Translations under genes and position numbers: made by a program
Notes under the pieces: generated by a model
Seen by the model: the letters and a program-made list of their open reading frames with translations, nothing else
Told to the model about the DNA's origin: nothing
Database searches by the model: none
Assembly (NCBI GenBank): GCA_965552055.1
Contig: CBEVQO010000003.1
Span: 128,001-192,000, forward strand
Direction: 5' to 3'
Length of the DNA: 64,000 bases
Source: an uncultured bacterium
GTDB lineage: Bacteria; Hydrothermota; UBA3073; NMUJ01; CBEVQO01
Part shown: in pieces, positions 8,759-18,063 of the stretch
Layout of the letters: each line of letters starts with the position of its first letter
Numbering within the stretch: the first letter of the stretch is position 1

Positions 8759-9695
8759 TTTTAATCAACTTCATAAAAATTTCCTCAAAATCTGGCATCT
8801 TATCTTCGATAGATTTTATTTTTACATTAACATTTCGTAAAATGTCAAGGAAATCATAAATTCTGTGGGCATCACGGAAATCAACATCTATTTCTGTGCC
8901 TCCATCTTTCTCAATTATGTGCGAAATGAACTCTTCTTTAATCCTTTCTTTTATGGATTCGGATAATTTGCCTTCAATCTCAATTTTATATGCAGATACT
9001 TTAAAAATTGATTTAAGATTTTCGATCTTATCATCCGTTATTATTTTTCCGTTATTTATTATGATTACTCTTTCGCAGGTTGTTTCAACGAGTTTCATAT
9101 CGTGTGTGCTTACAAGGATTGTTTTGTTTTCTTCTTTTTTTAATTTTTTGATTAATTCGCGCATTTCGATTGATGCTTCTACATCGAGTCCGAGTGTTGG
9201 TTCATCGAGCAAGATGATTGGTGTTCGCTTTACGAGGCAGCATGCTACTGCGAGTTTTTGTTGCATACCGCGGGATAACTGGCGCGCCTGAGTGTTTGCT
9301 TTTTCATTTAATCCAAAGAAATCTATCAATTTTTCAATATAAGAACGATTTTGAGATGGTGATATGCCTGCAAGACCTGAGAAAAATTCGAGATTTTCTT
9401 TTACAGTCAATCTCCAGTAAATATTGCGGTTGCCTTCGAGCAGAGCGCTTATGTATTTTAATCCATTTTTAACATTTCTTCTCATATCGGTATCATAAAT
9501 ATAAATTTCACCGGAAGTTGGTTCAATTAGTCCGCAGATGCATTTAACCGTGGTGGTTTTGCCTGCACCATTCGGACCGAGTAAGCCAACAATTTCACCT
9601 TCTTTTATTGAGAAACTGATATTATTAACAGCATGTACAGGAGGTCTTCCGGGATAGATTTTTACAAGATTTTTAACTTTAATGACTTCGGTCAT
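8745..9695 (-). CDS. ABC transporter ATP-binding protein
   Basis: GPNGAGKT, LSRGMQQK, LLDEPT, STH. Confidence 0.95.
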   Translation of the reverse strand: MTEVIKVKNLVKIYPGRPPVHAVNNISFSIKEGEIVGLLGPNGAGKTTTVKCICGLIEPTSGEIYIYDTDMRRNVKNGLKYISALLEGNRNIYWRLTVKENLEFFSGLAGISPSQNRSYIEKLIDFFGLNEKANTQARQLSRGMQQKLAVACCLVKRTPIILLDEPTLGLDVEASIEMRELIKKLKKEENKTILVSTHDMKLVETTCERVIIINNGKIITDDKIENLKSIFKVSAYKIEIEGKLSESIKERIKEEFISHIIEKDGGTEIDVDFRDAHRIYDFLDILRNVNVKIKSIEDKMPDFEEIFMKLIKNEGS

Positions 9696-9697
9696 TA

Positions 9698-9845
9698 TCC
9701 GCCAAAAACATTATCTCCATCTCCATAGCTTTATATTGTAATTCAACAGAGGTAAATTTCTCCCGTAACTCCGATAACCCGCCTTCCCAGTCGAACTTGA
9801 ATTTCCTTTTTTGATTTTTCCTGCCCTTATAATTTCTTTTAACAT
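9698..9845 (-). pseudogene. Degenerate DUF2281-like antitoxin plus first codons of a PIN/VapC-like toxin
   Basis: KFKFDWEGGLSELREKFTSVELQYKAME resembles DUF2281 C-termini. Removing one base restores ...AMEWR* overlapping (TAATG) MFLAD. The promoter-proximal ATG 9845 (MLKEII) is out of frame with this core. Confidence 0.55.
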
Positions 9846-9850
9846 ATTTA

Positions 9851-9877
9851 ATTATACTCACTTTCCTGTGGTGTCAA
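9851..9877 (-). promoter_or_regulatory. sigma70-type promoter, 15-bp spacer
   Basis: TTGACA-N15-TATAAT-N5-ATG(9845). Confidence 0.7.
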
Positions 9878-10255
9878 GTTTTTTCTTTTTTCAGCACTTT
9901 CTTTCAAAATTTTTAACAATTCTATTAGAATTTTTAATGCGAGCGTAAGCGAGCCTATTACATATGGGTAGTTTGTCACACCCCGAACGGTGAAAGCATG
10001 ACCACATTTTGGATGCGTGTTTGAGGCTTTTTGGCTGATAAGGATTAGAAAGCGGAAAGCGGTAAATTGCGTGACTGCGTTTTGGAGCGGATTGAGGGAA
10101 TTTTGAGGAATGAGGTCTATGAGAGGAAGGGGGTTCGGGTTGGGAATTTGGCTTTATTATGGAGAGATGGGTTAAAGTGGCTGTGGTATGGTGCAAGTCT
10201 GTGACCTGCGTAGCGAGGGGTGTGCACATGGGAAGGTGGGGACTGGGAGGAGGGG

Positions 10256-10699
10256 CTAATAATATTTTCTAATATGAGAACCAATCCATTTAGAAATATC
10301 TTTTAAATTCTTTTTGCCTTCTGCTACTTCGTTTAACAAATTAAAAATTTCTCCGGATTTCGCAGAAATATAATATCCGTTTTTGCGAAGAAAAATGTCT
10401 GCCAGTTCGTAAGCCATTCTTTTGTTACCATTGAGAAAAGGATGAAATCTTGCTATTCCTTCAAAAATAACCGATGCTTTCTCAGCCAATGTAGGATATA
10501 ATTCTTTGCCTTCAAAAGTTGAAAAGGGTTTTTTCAAAATAGAAATGAGGGCATCCAGATTTAAGATACCTTTATCACCACCTGATGCTTCCATTACCCT
10601 TGAATAAAGCGAAAGCGCTTCTTCTGGAGTTATCCCTAATATTTTGCGAGTAGTTTTAGCAGTTTTATATTTTTCCTTATTGACCTTTCTGCATGCCAT
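10256..10699 (-). CDS. Fic/Doc (death-on-curing) family toxin; start uncertain
   Basis: HPFLNGNKRMA Doc-type motif; ELYPTLAEKA; FLRKNGY. Confidence 0.9.
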   Translation of the reverse strand: MACRKVNKEKYKTAKTTRKILGITPEEALSLYSRVMEASGGDKGILNLDALISILKKPFSTFEGKELYPTLAEKASVIFEGIARFHPFLNGNKRMAYELADIFLRKNGYYISAKSGEIFNLLNEVAEGKKNLKDISKWIGSHIRKYY

Positions 10700-10851
10700 A
10701 TCGTTTCTATATCTATGTTTTTCTTCTTCAATAATCTTTTAGCATATTTCAATAATTTTTCTGCGGTCTCATCGTCAATCCATTTTGTCAATATTTTGAG
10801 CTTTTCCTTATTGCTCCAATCTTTCATCTTTTCACCGATATCTTTTGCCAT
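10636..10851 (-). CDS. Putative antitoxin for the Doc toxin
   Basis: Small charged ORF immediately upstream of and overlapping doc; ends ...NIKLLKLLAKY like Doc-partner C-termini. Confidence 0.55.
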   Translation of the reverse strand: MAKDIGEKMKDWSNKEKLKILTKWIDDETAEKLLKYAKRLLKKKNIDIETIWHAERSIRKNIKLLKLLAKY

Positions 10852-11009
10852 ACATTTACGCCGAGATAAACACCTATGAGTGAGATTACATAGGGAGTTA
10901 TGAAGCGTGCAAATTCAAAGTCACCCTGCGAATAACTCATAACAATTGTAAAAAGCCATACCACGCCCACAAATAATGTAAGATAAAATTTGCGACTACG
11001 CCATTTCAT
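10824..11009 (-). CDS. Small two-TM protein, holin-like
   Basis: Strong SD AAGGAGGGG; KWRSRKF then two hydrophobic helices, ending YLGVNVWQK and a basic tail. Confidence 0.55.
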   Translation of the reverse strand: MKWRSRKFYLTLFVGVVWLFTIVMSYSQGDFEFARFITPYVISLIGVYLGVNVWQKISVKR

Positions 11010-11024
11010 ATCCCCTCCTTCTTA

Positions 11025-11597
11025 TCATTCGGATAATTTTCTTAAAAATCTTATAACAGTTATATCATCCCAGCGAGCAGCTCCTGTATGCTTGAATACG
11101 ATATTTCCCGATTTATCAATTATGAATGTAGATGGGATAGCGGAGTGTGAAAAGCATTGTGGCTCTTCTTTTGCAAAATAAACAGGCAAAGAATATCCTT
11201 TGCGTTTGAAGAGTATTTCTACATATTTCTTATCTTCATTTGTTACGAGCACGAAATTAACATCGTTGTGAAGTGAGTCCATCAAATTTTTGATGGTTGG
11301 CAGTTCGATCAAACATGGTCTACACCATGTAGCCCAGAAGTTCAGGAATATAGGTTTTCCTTTAAATTTCTCAAATTTTATTTCCTCTCCGTTTATGTTG
11401 CGGATTTTCCATTCGAAATTTATTTTACCGAGCGACGAAATTTTCTCTGGCAAAGCAGGAGGTTTTAGATTTTTTTCAAGCTCCTTGTATGCTTTTACGG
11501 TCAGGATATAAACGAGCAGAAACAATCCCAGAAGTGTAGCACCAATTCCGCTGAAAAATCCGATGAAAAAAGATTTTTTGTCGAAATTTTTCATCAA
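11025..11597 (-). CDS. TlpA-family thiol-disulfide oxidoreductase
   Basis: N-terminal TM anchor; FLNFWATWCRPC; IPSTFIID. Confidence 0.92.
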   Translation of the reverse strand: MMKNFDKKSFFIGFFSGIGATLLGLFLLVYILTVKAYKELEKNLKPPALPEKISSLGKINFEWKIRNINGEEIKFEKFKGKPIFLNFWATWCRPCLIELPTIKNLMDSLHNDVNFVLVTNEDKKYVEILFKRKGYSLPVYFAKEEPQCFSHSAIPSTFIIDKSGNIVFKHTGAARWDDITVIRFLRKLSE

Positions 11598-12211
11598 TAC
11601 GCTCCCTTACCTGTTATCATTGCAATAGGTGTTTTAAGCAATATTTCGATATCAAAGAAAATAGATTTATTTCTGACATAGAAAAGGTCATAATCTATCC
11701 TTTGTGGATAGGGGATTTCTGCTCTACCGCTTACCTGCCAGTATCCGGTTATGCCTGGTTTCACAGAGAGAACTTCTTTTTGCCATCTCCCATATTTGTG
11801 TATTTCCTGAACAACAACGGGACGCGGACCAACGATACTCATATCCCCCTTTAATACATTTAAAAACTGTGGTAATTCATCTAAACTGAGTTTTCTCAAA
11901 AACCTTCCTATTTTTGTAACTCTCGGGTCATTTTTTAATTTTCCATTTCTACTATATTCACGCCACAGGTGTTCATTTTCTTCAAGAATTCTTTCTGCAT
12001 TGTTCACCATTGTCCTGAATTTATAAAGATAAAATAATCTGCCATGCAAGCCAACCCTTAAAGATTTGTAGAAAACAGGCCCTTTTGATGTTAACTTTAT
12101 TAAAAGCATGATAAAAAGGAAAAGGGGAGAGGCAAAGATTAAAAGAGAAACGCTTAAAGAGATATCCATTATTCTCTTTATTATAAGATAAATTCTATCT
12201 TTTCTTTTCAC
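11594..12211 (-). CDS. Polyprenyl-phosphate glycosyl-1-phosphate (priming) sugar transferase
   Basis: KFRTM, DPRVT..GRFLRK.SLDELPQ, GPRP, KPGITG.WQ. Confidence 0.93.
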   Translation of the reverse strand: MKRKDRIYLIIKRIMDISLSVSLLIFASPLFLFIMLLIKLTSKGPVFYKSLRVGLHGRLFYLYKFRTMVNNAERILEENEHLWREYSRNGKLKNDPRVTKIGRFLRKLSLDELPQFLNVLKGDMSIVGPRPVVVQEIHKYGRWQKEVLSVKPGITGYWQVSGRAEIPYPQRIDYDLFYVRNKSIFFDIEILLKTPIAMITGKGAY

Positions 12212-13172
12212 TCACAAAGAGGAGCCTCAATCCCCCCCTTGTTAGTCCCGCAAAGTGTGCACACCACCTGCAGAACAGCATAACAGGTGCGACCAGTGCT
12301 GTCCGGAAATCCTTCACTATTAATTTTAATAAAAATGGGACCTCTGTCAAGTAAAAAATTGCCAAAATTATAAGGGGCAAAAACCACAATTTTTTAACAA
12401 AAAATGCCACCACAATTGAGAGTAAAAAAATGGGGAAGAGTAGAACCTGAAATTTCAATCTAAATGGAGTGTATGAATCTCTGGGAAGTTTATCAGGATG
12501 CTCTTTTATGATTAATGCTTTCCAGTATGCTACTTTAAATTTCCTTTTAAAATATTTTAAAATGCTTTCCGGATGAAGATGATAAACGATTGCTTTTGGA
12601 TTGAATCCTATTTTGCAACCCATCTTTGAAAGTTTAAAAGATAAATCCTGGTCTTCGCATGAAGGTTCCCTGTATCTTTCATCAAATCCTCCTGCCATAT
12701 CGAAATGTTTCTTTTTTATTGCCACAGCACAGCTATCAAAATAATCTATTTCTTTTTCCTTTTTTAGTTTGTCATATCTATCTTCATACTCATACTGTAT
12801 AAATCTTGCCACTGCTGATTTTTGTTTTGTCTTGTAAGCTCCTTTGACAGCATCGTAATGTCCTATTTCTTTTGTTATTTCTTTTATGAAATCAGGAGCT
12901 GGTTCGCAATCGGCATCCACGAATACGAGCACATCAGCATCTGTAGCCATTGCACCACGATTTCTGGCAAACGATGGACCCATCCTTCTGTCATTCCTGA
13001 TGAGCTTTACTCCATTAAACTCTTTTACAACATTTGATGTTCCATCGGTAGAACCATCATCAACCACTATTATTTCGTAATCTCCATCAAATTCTTGATT
13101 TTTGAGAGCTTTTAAGCATCTACCTATTATTTTTTCTCCATTATAAACGGGTATTATTACTGCTATTTTCAA
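12195..13172 (-). CDS. Glycosyltransferase family 2 with C-terminal TMs
   Basis: VIIPVYN, VVDDGSTD, FVDAD, EDQDL. Confidence 0.92.
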   Translation of the reverse strand: MKIAVIIPVYNGEKIIGRCLKALKNQEFDGDYEIIVVDDGSTDGTSNVVKEFNGVKLIRNDRRMGPSFARNRGAMATDADVLVFVDADCEPAPDFIKEITKEIGHYDAVKGAYKTKQKSAVARFIQYEYEDRYDKLKKEKEIDYFDSCAVAIKKKHFDMAGGFDERYREPSCEDQDLSFKLSKMGCKIGFNPKAIVYHLHPESILKYFKRKFKVAYWKALIIKEHPDKLPRDSYTPFRLKFQVLLFPIFLLSIVVAFFVKKLWFLPLIILAIFYLTEVPFLLKLIVKDFRTALVAPVMLFCRWCAHFAGLTRGGLRLLFVSEKKR

Positions 13173-14613
13173 ATGTCCCCCTTATCAAATATTTTATGAA
13201 TGTAGGAATTGACCTTAAAATCCTTTGACTTTCAACCGGGTGTAAAAATAATCTCCATAATCTGTAAAGAAGATACTTCGGACGAGTATAAAACTCAAAT
13301 CTTGCTCTATCGCAAAGAGCAACCTGTTCTTTTGAGGATAATTCAGGATAAGAGACAACACTGTTGTGTAAGCCATCTTTTGTTATCCATTGAGAAAAGT
13401 CCTCTGTTTCTAAAAAGCCCTTTTCTTTCACCCATTCATACATCGGAGTACCCGGATATACCATTATCGGGAAAAATTGAGCGGTATCTGGATTTAAAAT
13501 TTTGGCAAATTCTATTGTTTTCTTTGCTTTTTCCTTTGTCTCACCCGGAAAACCTATCATAAAGCATCCGTGTATTAAAATTCCGGCTTTCCTTGCATCT
13601 CTCATAAATTTATAAGCTCGGGATACTTTGAGACCCCTTTTTGCTATCTCCATAACTTCATCATCACCGGTCTCAAATCCGACACAAAGCAATCTACATC
13701 CTGCTTTTTTCAAAATCTTTAATGTTTCATAATCAAGGTCAAAGCGTGCATTTGCCGTGAATGGCAATTTTATTTTCCTTCTGATTTTTTCCTCACAAAA
13801 TTTGAATATCCTTTCTTTATTTACCGTGAAAGTATCGTCTTCTATGAAAATTTCTCTTACAAAAGGTAAATTTTTTTCGACCCATTCGAATTCATCAAGG
13901 ACATTTTCGACACTCCTTACTCTGTAGCGTTTTCCAAACATCACATTTGGATAAAGGCAATAAGGACAGCCAAAAGGACACCCCCTTCCCGTTATTATCG
14001 CAACCTGTGGATACTGACAGTTTGTATAAAAATAATTTCTTATGTTTAAATGGCGGGAATAAACCTGCGATACAAAAGGTAAATCATCTAAATTCTCAAT
14101 AAAAGGTCTATCCTCTGTTGATTTTATAACACCATTTTCCCTGTAAGTTATTCCTTTTACTTTTGATAAATTTCCTTTATTCTCAAAAGTTTTTACAACA
14201 TCGAGTAAAGTGTAATCATATTCTTTTCTGCAAATTATATCGATATCTTGTGATAGTTTAAGAGTTTCTTCTGGCAAAGCGCTAACATGTGGACCCACGA
14301 GTATTGTCAAGGCACCTGTTTCTTTTTTCAATTCGGATGCAACTTTTACATCGTTATAAATACTGGGTGTTGAGGTATCACAAACGATTACATCTGGCTT
14401 ATATTTTTTTACGAAGTTTTTAACATCTTCGAGTGTTTTTCCTTCGGCTGGTGCATCGTATAATTTTACGCTATAACCTTCTTTTTCAAGCACTCCCGTT
14501 GCATATGCAAGCCATATCGGGTAATAAATTGTGCCACTCTTTGTTACTGCAGGACTCCTTTGACTTCGGGAAAATTTAAAATGAAAAGGAGGATTTAACA
14601 TCAGGATTTTCAT
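13141..14613 (-). CDS. B12-binding radical SAM protein (HpnJ-like architecture)
   Basis: N-terminal LNPP...YPIWLAY cobalamin-binding domain; GRGCPFGCPYC; EDDTF; GFPGET. Confidence 0.88.
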   Translation of the reverse strand: MKILMLNPPFHFKFSRSQRSPAVTKSGTIYYPIWLAYATGVLEKEGYSVKLYDAPAEGKTLEDVKNFVKKYKPDVIVCDTSTPSIYNDVKVASELKKETGALTILVGPHVSALPEETLKLSQDIDIICRKEYDYTLLDVVKTFENKGNLSKVKGITYRENGVIKSTEDRPFIENLDDLPFVSQVYSRHLNIRNYFYTNCQYPQVAIITGRGCPFGCPYCLYPNVMFGKRYRVRSVENVLDEFEWVEKNLPFVREIFIEDDTFTVNKERIFKFCEEKIRRKIKLPFTANARFDLDYETLKILKKAGCRLLCVGFETGDDEVMEIAKRGLKVSRAYKFMRDARKAGILIHGCFMIGFPGETKEKAKKTIEFAKILNPDTAQFFPIMVYPGTPMYEWVKEKGFLETEDFSQWITKDGLHNSVVSYPELSSKEQVALCDRARFEFYTRPKYLLYRLWRLFLHPVESQRILRSIPTFIKYLIRGTFENSSNNTRL

Positions 14614-14619
14614 CTTTTC

Positions 14620-14646
14620 ATTTTAATCAAATAATTTCTCTGTCAA
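14620..14646 (-). promoter_or_regulatory. sigma70-type promoter, 15-bp spacer, leaderless
   Basis: TTGACA-N15-TAAAAT-N6-ATG(14613). Confidence 0.7.
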
Positions 14647-14655
14647 GAAGTAAAA

Positions 14656-15186
14656 TCATACTTTGAAGTCAATGATAAATCCATGTCTTATAAATTTTTG
14701 TTCTTCTTTTATATTGAGTGCCTTTTTTATTTCATCGAATTCCGCGGGTTTATGTCCTATAAAGAAACAAAAAGAAAAGTCTTTCGATTTGATGAAAAAT
14801 GCTTCACATTCTTCTTTTGTCAGTTTGTAAATGTTAACTCCTTCGAATTCAAATTTCTGCAATTCAATGCCTCTGATTTTTTCCGTGCCGACTCTGGATT
14901 TTAGTTTTTTGACTTCCTCCAAGAAAATTAATTTTACAGGGAAATCCCTGCCTTCGACCTGACAGATTATCTCTTTTTCTTCTTCAATTTCTTTATTTAT
15001 CTGTGCAATATAATAGTTTCCTTTTATCAATACGAGAGCAAGATTATCAAATGATTTTAAGATTTTGACTTTTACTTTTTCTCCGGGTATTAAGTTGAAC
15101 CTATTATCCCCAATGCTATTGAATTCAATTTTATTTCGTCGGTATCTGCTCTTGATAGCATTATACAGGGCTTTTTTGCTCCACAA
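14656..15186 (-). CDS. Hypothetical protein; true start probably near 15090
   Basis: Fills the gap between ptb and the next promoter; the first ~32 codons overlap ptb. Confidence 0.55.
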   Translation of the reverse strand: MWSKKALYNAIKSRYRRNKIEFNSIGDNRFNLIPGEKVKVKILKSFDNLALVLIKGNYYIAQINKEIEEEKEIICQVEGRDFPVKLIFLEEVKKLKSRVGTEKIRGIELQKFEFEGVNIYKLTKEECEAFFIKSKDFSFCFFIGHKPAEFDEIKKALNIKEEQKFIRHGFIIDFKV

Positions 15187-15920
15187 ATAACTCCACCTAT
15201 TTTCGCACCACCGAGATACAGAAGGGCTTTTGCAGAAATATTGCCTGCAGAAATTTCAGGTACTATCAAAATATCTGCGTCACCTGCTACTTCTCCTTTT
15301 ACTCCTTTTATTTCGCATGCACGCCGAGATACCGCAAGGTCAAGAGCAAGTGGTCCCTGAATGTAGCAATCTTTAAATTCTCCTTTTCTCCACATTTCTT
15401 CCAATTCTTTCGCTTCCAGGGTCTCCGGAATTTTATCCGTTACTTTTTCTACAGCTGCCAGGAGCGCAACTTTTGGACGCTCAATTCCGAATTTCCGGGC
15501 GAACTCTACTGCATTTATTATAATATCTTTTTTGAGATTTATATCGGGTTTTGGCACCATTCCACCATCGGATATGAAAAGCAGTTTGTGATAATAAGGG
15601 GTTTCAAGCACTGCCACATGGCTTAATGTTCTCCCTGTCCTGAATCCTGCTTCTTTATCAAGAATGCCACGCAGAAATGTTGCGGTATCTACAAGACCTT
15701 TCATCAAAATTGCATCTTTTTCTTCTGCTACAATTTTTACTGCTTTTTTAACGGCTTCTTCAGGAGAAGTTCCTTCTATAGCTTCGAAATCTTCAATGAT
15801 TTTCATTTCTTTTGCCTTTTTACATGCTTCGACACTAATGGGGTCTGCAGCGGCTATTATAACCTTTTTGCCACCAAGTTCTTTTGCTTTTTCGATTATT
15901 TCTTTAAAGGATTTAAGCAT
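15090..15920 (-). CDS. ptb: Phosphate butyryltransferase / phosphate acyltransferase
   Basis: ILMKGLVDT, SHVAVLE, GPLALDLA, VAGDADIL.VP.I.AGN, SRAD. Start set to MLKSF at 15920 because the longer ORF runs through the tRNA. Confidence 0.88.
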   Translation of the reverse strand: MLKSFKEIIEKAKELGGKKVIIAAADPISVEACKKAKEMKIIEDFEAIEGTSPEEAVKKAVKIVAEEKDAILMKGLVDTATFLRGILDKEAGFRTGRTLSHVAVLETPYYHKLLFISDGGMVPKPDINLKKDIIINAVEFARKFGIERPKVALLAAVEKVTDKIPETLEAKELEEMWRKGEFKDCYIQGPLALDLAVSRRACEIKGVKGEVAGDADILIVPEISAGNISAKALLYLGGAKIGGVICGAKKPCIMLSRADTDEIKLNSIALGIIGST

Positions 15921-15928
15921 AAAATTAA

Positions 15929-16000
<72 letters not shown>

Positions 16001-16007
16001 TCTTATC

Positions 16008-16034
16008 ATTATATTCAAAATTCCAATTTGTCAA
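16008..16034 (-). promoter_or_regulatory. Promoter of the tRNA-ptb unit, 15-bp spacer
   Basis: TTGACA-N15-TATAAT-N7-tRNA 5' G. Confidence 0.75.
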
Positions 16035-16043
16035 GCTGAAAAT

Positions 16044-16667
16044 CTATACTTTAAGGATAAGTAAATAATGATTTTGATTGTATAATTTTATTTTCTTATA
16101 AATTCTTACGAAAAAGAACTTTTTTAAAGCTTTTGCTACTTTATACTTTTCAGAAGGTACTAACACCCAGCCCTGTGCGATTTCTCCTTTATCTTTTACG
16201 CTCTTACCCCATAATTTTATTAGATTCAAAAAAATATCCCTCCCCCGATATTGTGGCAAAATGGCTAATCCAAATTCCCTAAAATCACAAAAAGGAACAC
16301 CTCTCGTTATCATATGGAATTTTAAAAAGTTGCAGCATAAGATAAGGAAGAAAAAGGGTTTATTAAAAGCCTGTTCAAAAAAATGTATAAGAATTTTGAT
16401 AAAATTTTTTAGAATACTTTTTACTGCTCGAAGTAGAAATGATTTATTCGTTTTAGAGGTTATCAGGAATCCTACAATTTTTTCACTAACTTCGGCTACG
16501 ATTGAATATTCACCTTGGAGTTCCAATATCCTTTCTAAGAAAAACAAGAATAAATTTTTTCCTAACAATTTATAAACAGGCGTCGGTAATTCATTTTCGT
16601 AAATTTTCAGTATTTCTTTCGAGTCTCTTAATTCTGCCCTTCTATAAGTTATCTCTTTTTCCACCAT
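16044..16667 (-). CDS. GNAT-family N-acetyltransferase-like protein
   Basis: ITYRRAELRD, VAEVSEKIVGF, LAILPQYRGR. Confidence 0.65.
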   Translation of the reverse strand: MVEKEITYRRAELRDSKEILKIYENELPTPVYKLLGKNLFLFFLERILELQGEYSIVAEVSEKIVGFLITSKTNKSFLLRAVKSILKNFIKILIHFFEQAFNKPFFFLILCCNFLKFHMITRGVPFCDFREFGLAILPQYRGRDIFLNLIKLWGKSVKDKGEIAQGWVLVPSEKYKVAKALKKFFFVRIYKKIKLYNQNHYLLILKV

Positions 16668-17998
16668 TTGTAAATTTCCGAAAAAGTGGTTATCCAGACA
16701 CTCGAATCGTTTAAAATTTTCGATAAAATAAAATCGAGCAAATTTTCTCTTAATCTAATATCCATACCTCTTATGAATTCAGGATGAATTGTGCATACGA
16801 AGACACCCCCTATGTCTCTTACAAAGTTAATTTTTTCTTCATAAAGTTTAAATAATTGATTTAGGGAATATCCCAGATAAAGAGGAGTAATACAATCGGG
16901 AGCTGTTGGAGGTATTTCGAGTATTCCTTCATTGAAAAATGGAAAATTAAAAGAAATACCCGCACCAAAATCAGAAGGTCTTTCATAATCAACATCGGGA
17001 AAAGAAGAAGAAAAATCAAAACCTGCTTCCTTTAATGTTTTGTGAAGATAAATGTTTCGAGCAAAACGCGGACTCCTAAAACCTTTTACATCTATAAAAT
17101 TAAAATAACTTGATTTTATCTTTTTAAGCAAATCAATTAAATCTTTTCTGAAGATGAGATAACCTGAGTGATTATCACCATGACAAATGACTTCTCCTTT
17201 AAGGTCTGTGATTCTTAAAATATCTTTTAGAATTTTGAAAGGGATAGACACATTATATTTTATTTTCGCCTTTTCTAACTTTTTAAAAATTCTCTTTGCT
17301 GTTTTGAAAGTAAGAGGCGAAGGTTCAATGTCTATGCAAAGCACAAATGCCCATTTATAATTCATTGGCCAATAAGGAGCTCTTTTTATATTTAACCATT
17401 TAAGACAAATTGTAAAGAGTTCTTTTAAAAAATATCCTTTGAAATCTATTGGAAAATTCATGGGGGATTTCTTTTTCCTAAAAAAGATTTTAAACAAAAA
17501 CGGCATAAGATAATATCCTGTTTCGTAATAAAATCTCTGGAAAAAATAAGAATCTGCCAGTGATGGGGTATTTTTTGTATAAGTCTCATGTAAAAGAGAA
17601 TACAGAGAGATACCGAGGTCAAAAGTTATCCAGCATCTTTTTTCTTTCTGTATCAATAAAGGATAATTATCATAATATAAAAAAGTATCACAGTTACCTT
17701 TAAATTTTACCTTTATTCTTCTTGTGTGTGGTATAAGGATATGTTTAACTTTATATTTTTCAAAAACCGGATGGCGACAATTTATCAAAATTTTACACCA
17801 GTTTTCCTGCGTTTTACCTACAATTTCTGAATCAAAGAATTTTTTTGCCTTTCCTTTTGATAAATTACCGATAACAATTCCTTCGCCATCAAATTCGTCA
17901 TTCGGGTTTAGCCATATTTTAATGTTTTCTTTTACTCCTTCAATATGCAACAGGGTTTTAATAGCCCATTTAGATTTTTCTTCTTTTCCGATAATCAC
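16649..17998 (-). CDS. Polysaccharide deacetylase-like protein
   Basis: FVLCIDIE, ICHGDNH, GFRSP, CTIHP in the C-terminal half. Confidence 0.65.
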   Translation of the reverse strand: MIIGKEEKSKWAIKTLLHIEGVKENIKIWLNPNDEFDGEGIVIGNLSKGKAKKFFDSEIVGKTQENWCKILINCRHPVFEKYKVKHILIPHTRRIKVKFKGNCDTFLYYDNYPLLIQKEKRCWITFDLGISLYSLLHETYTKNTPSLADSYFFQRFYYETGYYLMPFLFKIFFRKKKSPMNFPIDFKGYFLKELFTICLKWLNIKRAPYWPMNYKWAFVLCIDIEPSPLTFKTAKRIFKKLEKAKIKYNVSIPFKILKDILRITDLKGEVICHGDNHSGYLIFRKDLIDLLKKIKSSYFNFIDVKGFRSPRFARNIYLHKTLKEAGFDFSSSFPDVDYERPSDFGAGISFNFPFFNEGILEIPPTAPDCITPLYLGYSLNQLFKLYEEKINFVRDIGGVFVCTIHPEFIRGMDIRLRENLLDFILSKILNDSSVWITTFSEIYKWWKKR

Positions 17999-18003
17999 AC
18001 AAA

Positions 18004-18058
18004 AATATAATCTTAAAGTTAAAATGTCAACTTGACTTTTTTATAATTTAACTAAACT
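18004..18058. promoter_or_regulatory. Back-to-back divergent promoters, both with 15-bp spacers
   Basis: Minus: TTGACA(18030-18025)-N15-TATATT-N5-GTG(17998). Plus: TTGACT(18032)-N15-TAAACT-N5-ATG(18064). Confidence 0.65.
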
Positions 18059-18063
18059 TTTTG

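Noticed and set aside
9891..10229. 112-aa minus-strand ORF
   Set aside because: Pro/Ser/His-rich product of the G-skewed tract with no SD or family motif.
13141..14613. Calling the rSAM hpnJ (hopanoid pathway)
   Set aside because: Architecture is similar, but no hopanoid genes are in the window, so no symbol was assigned.
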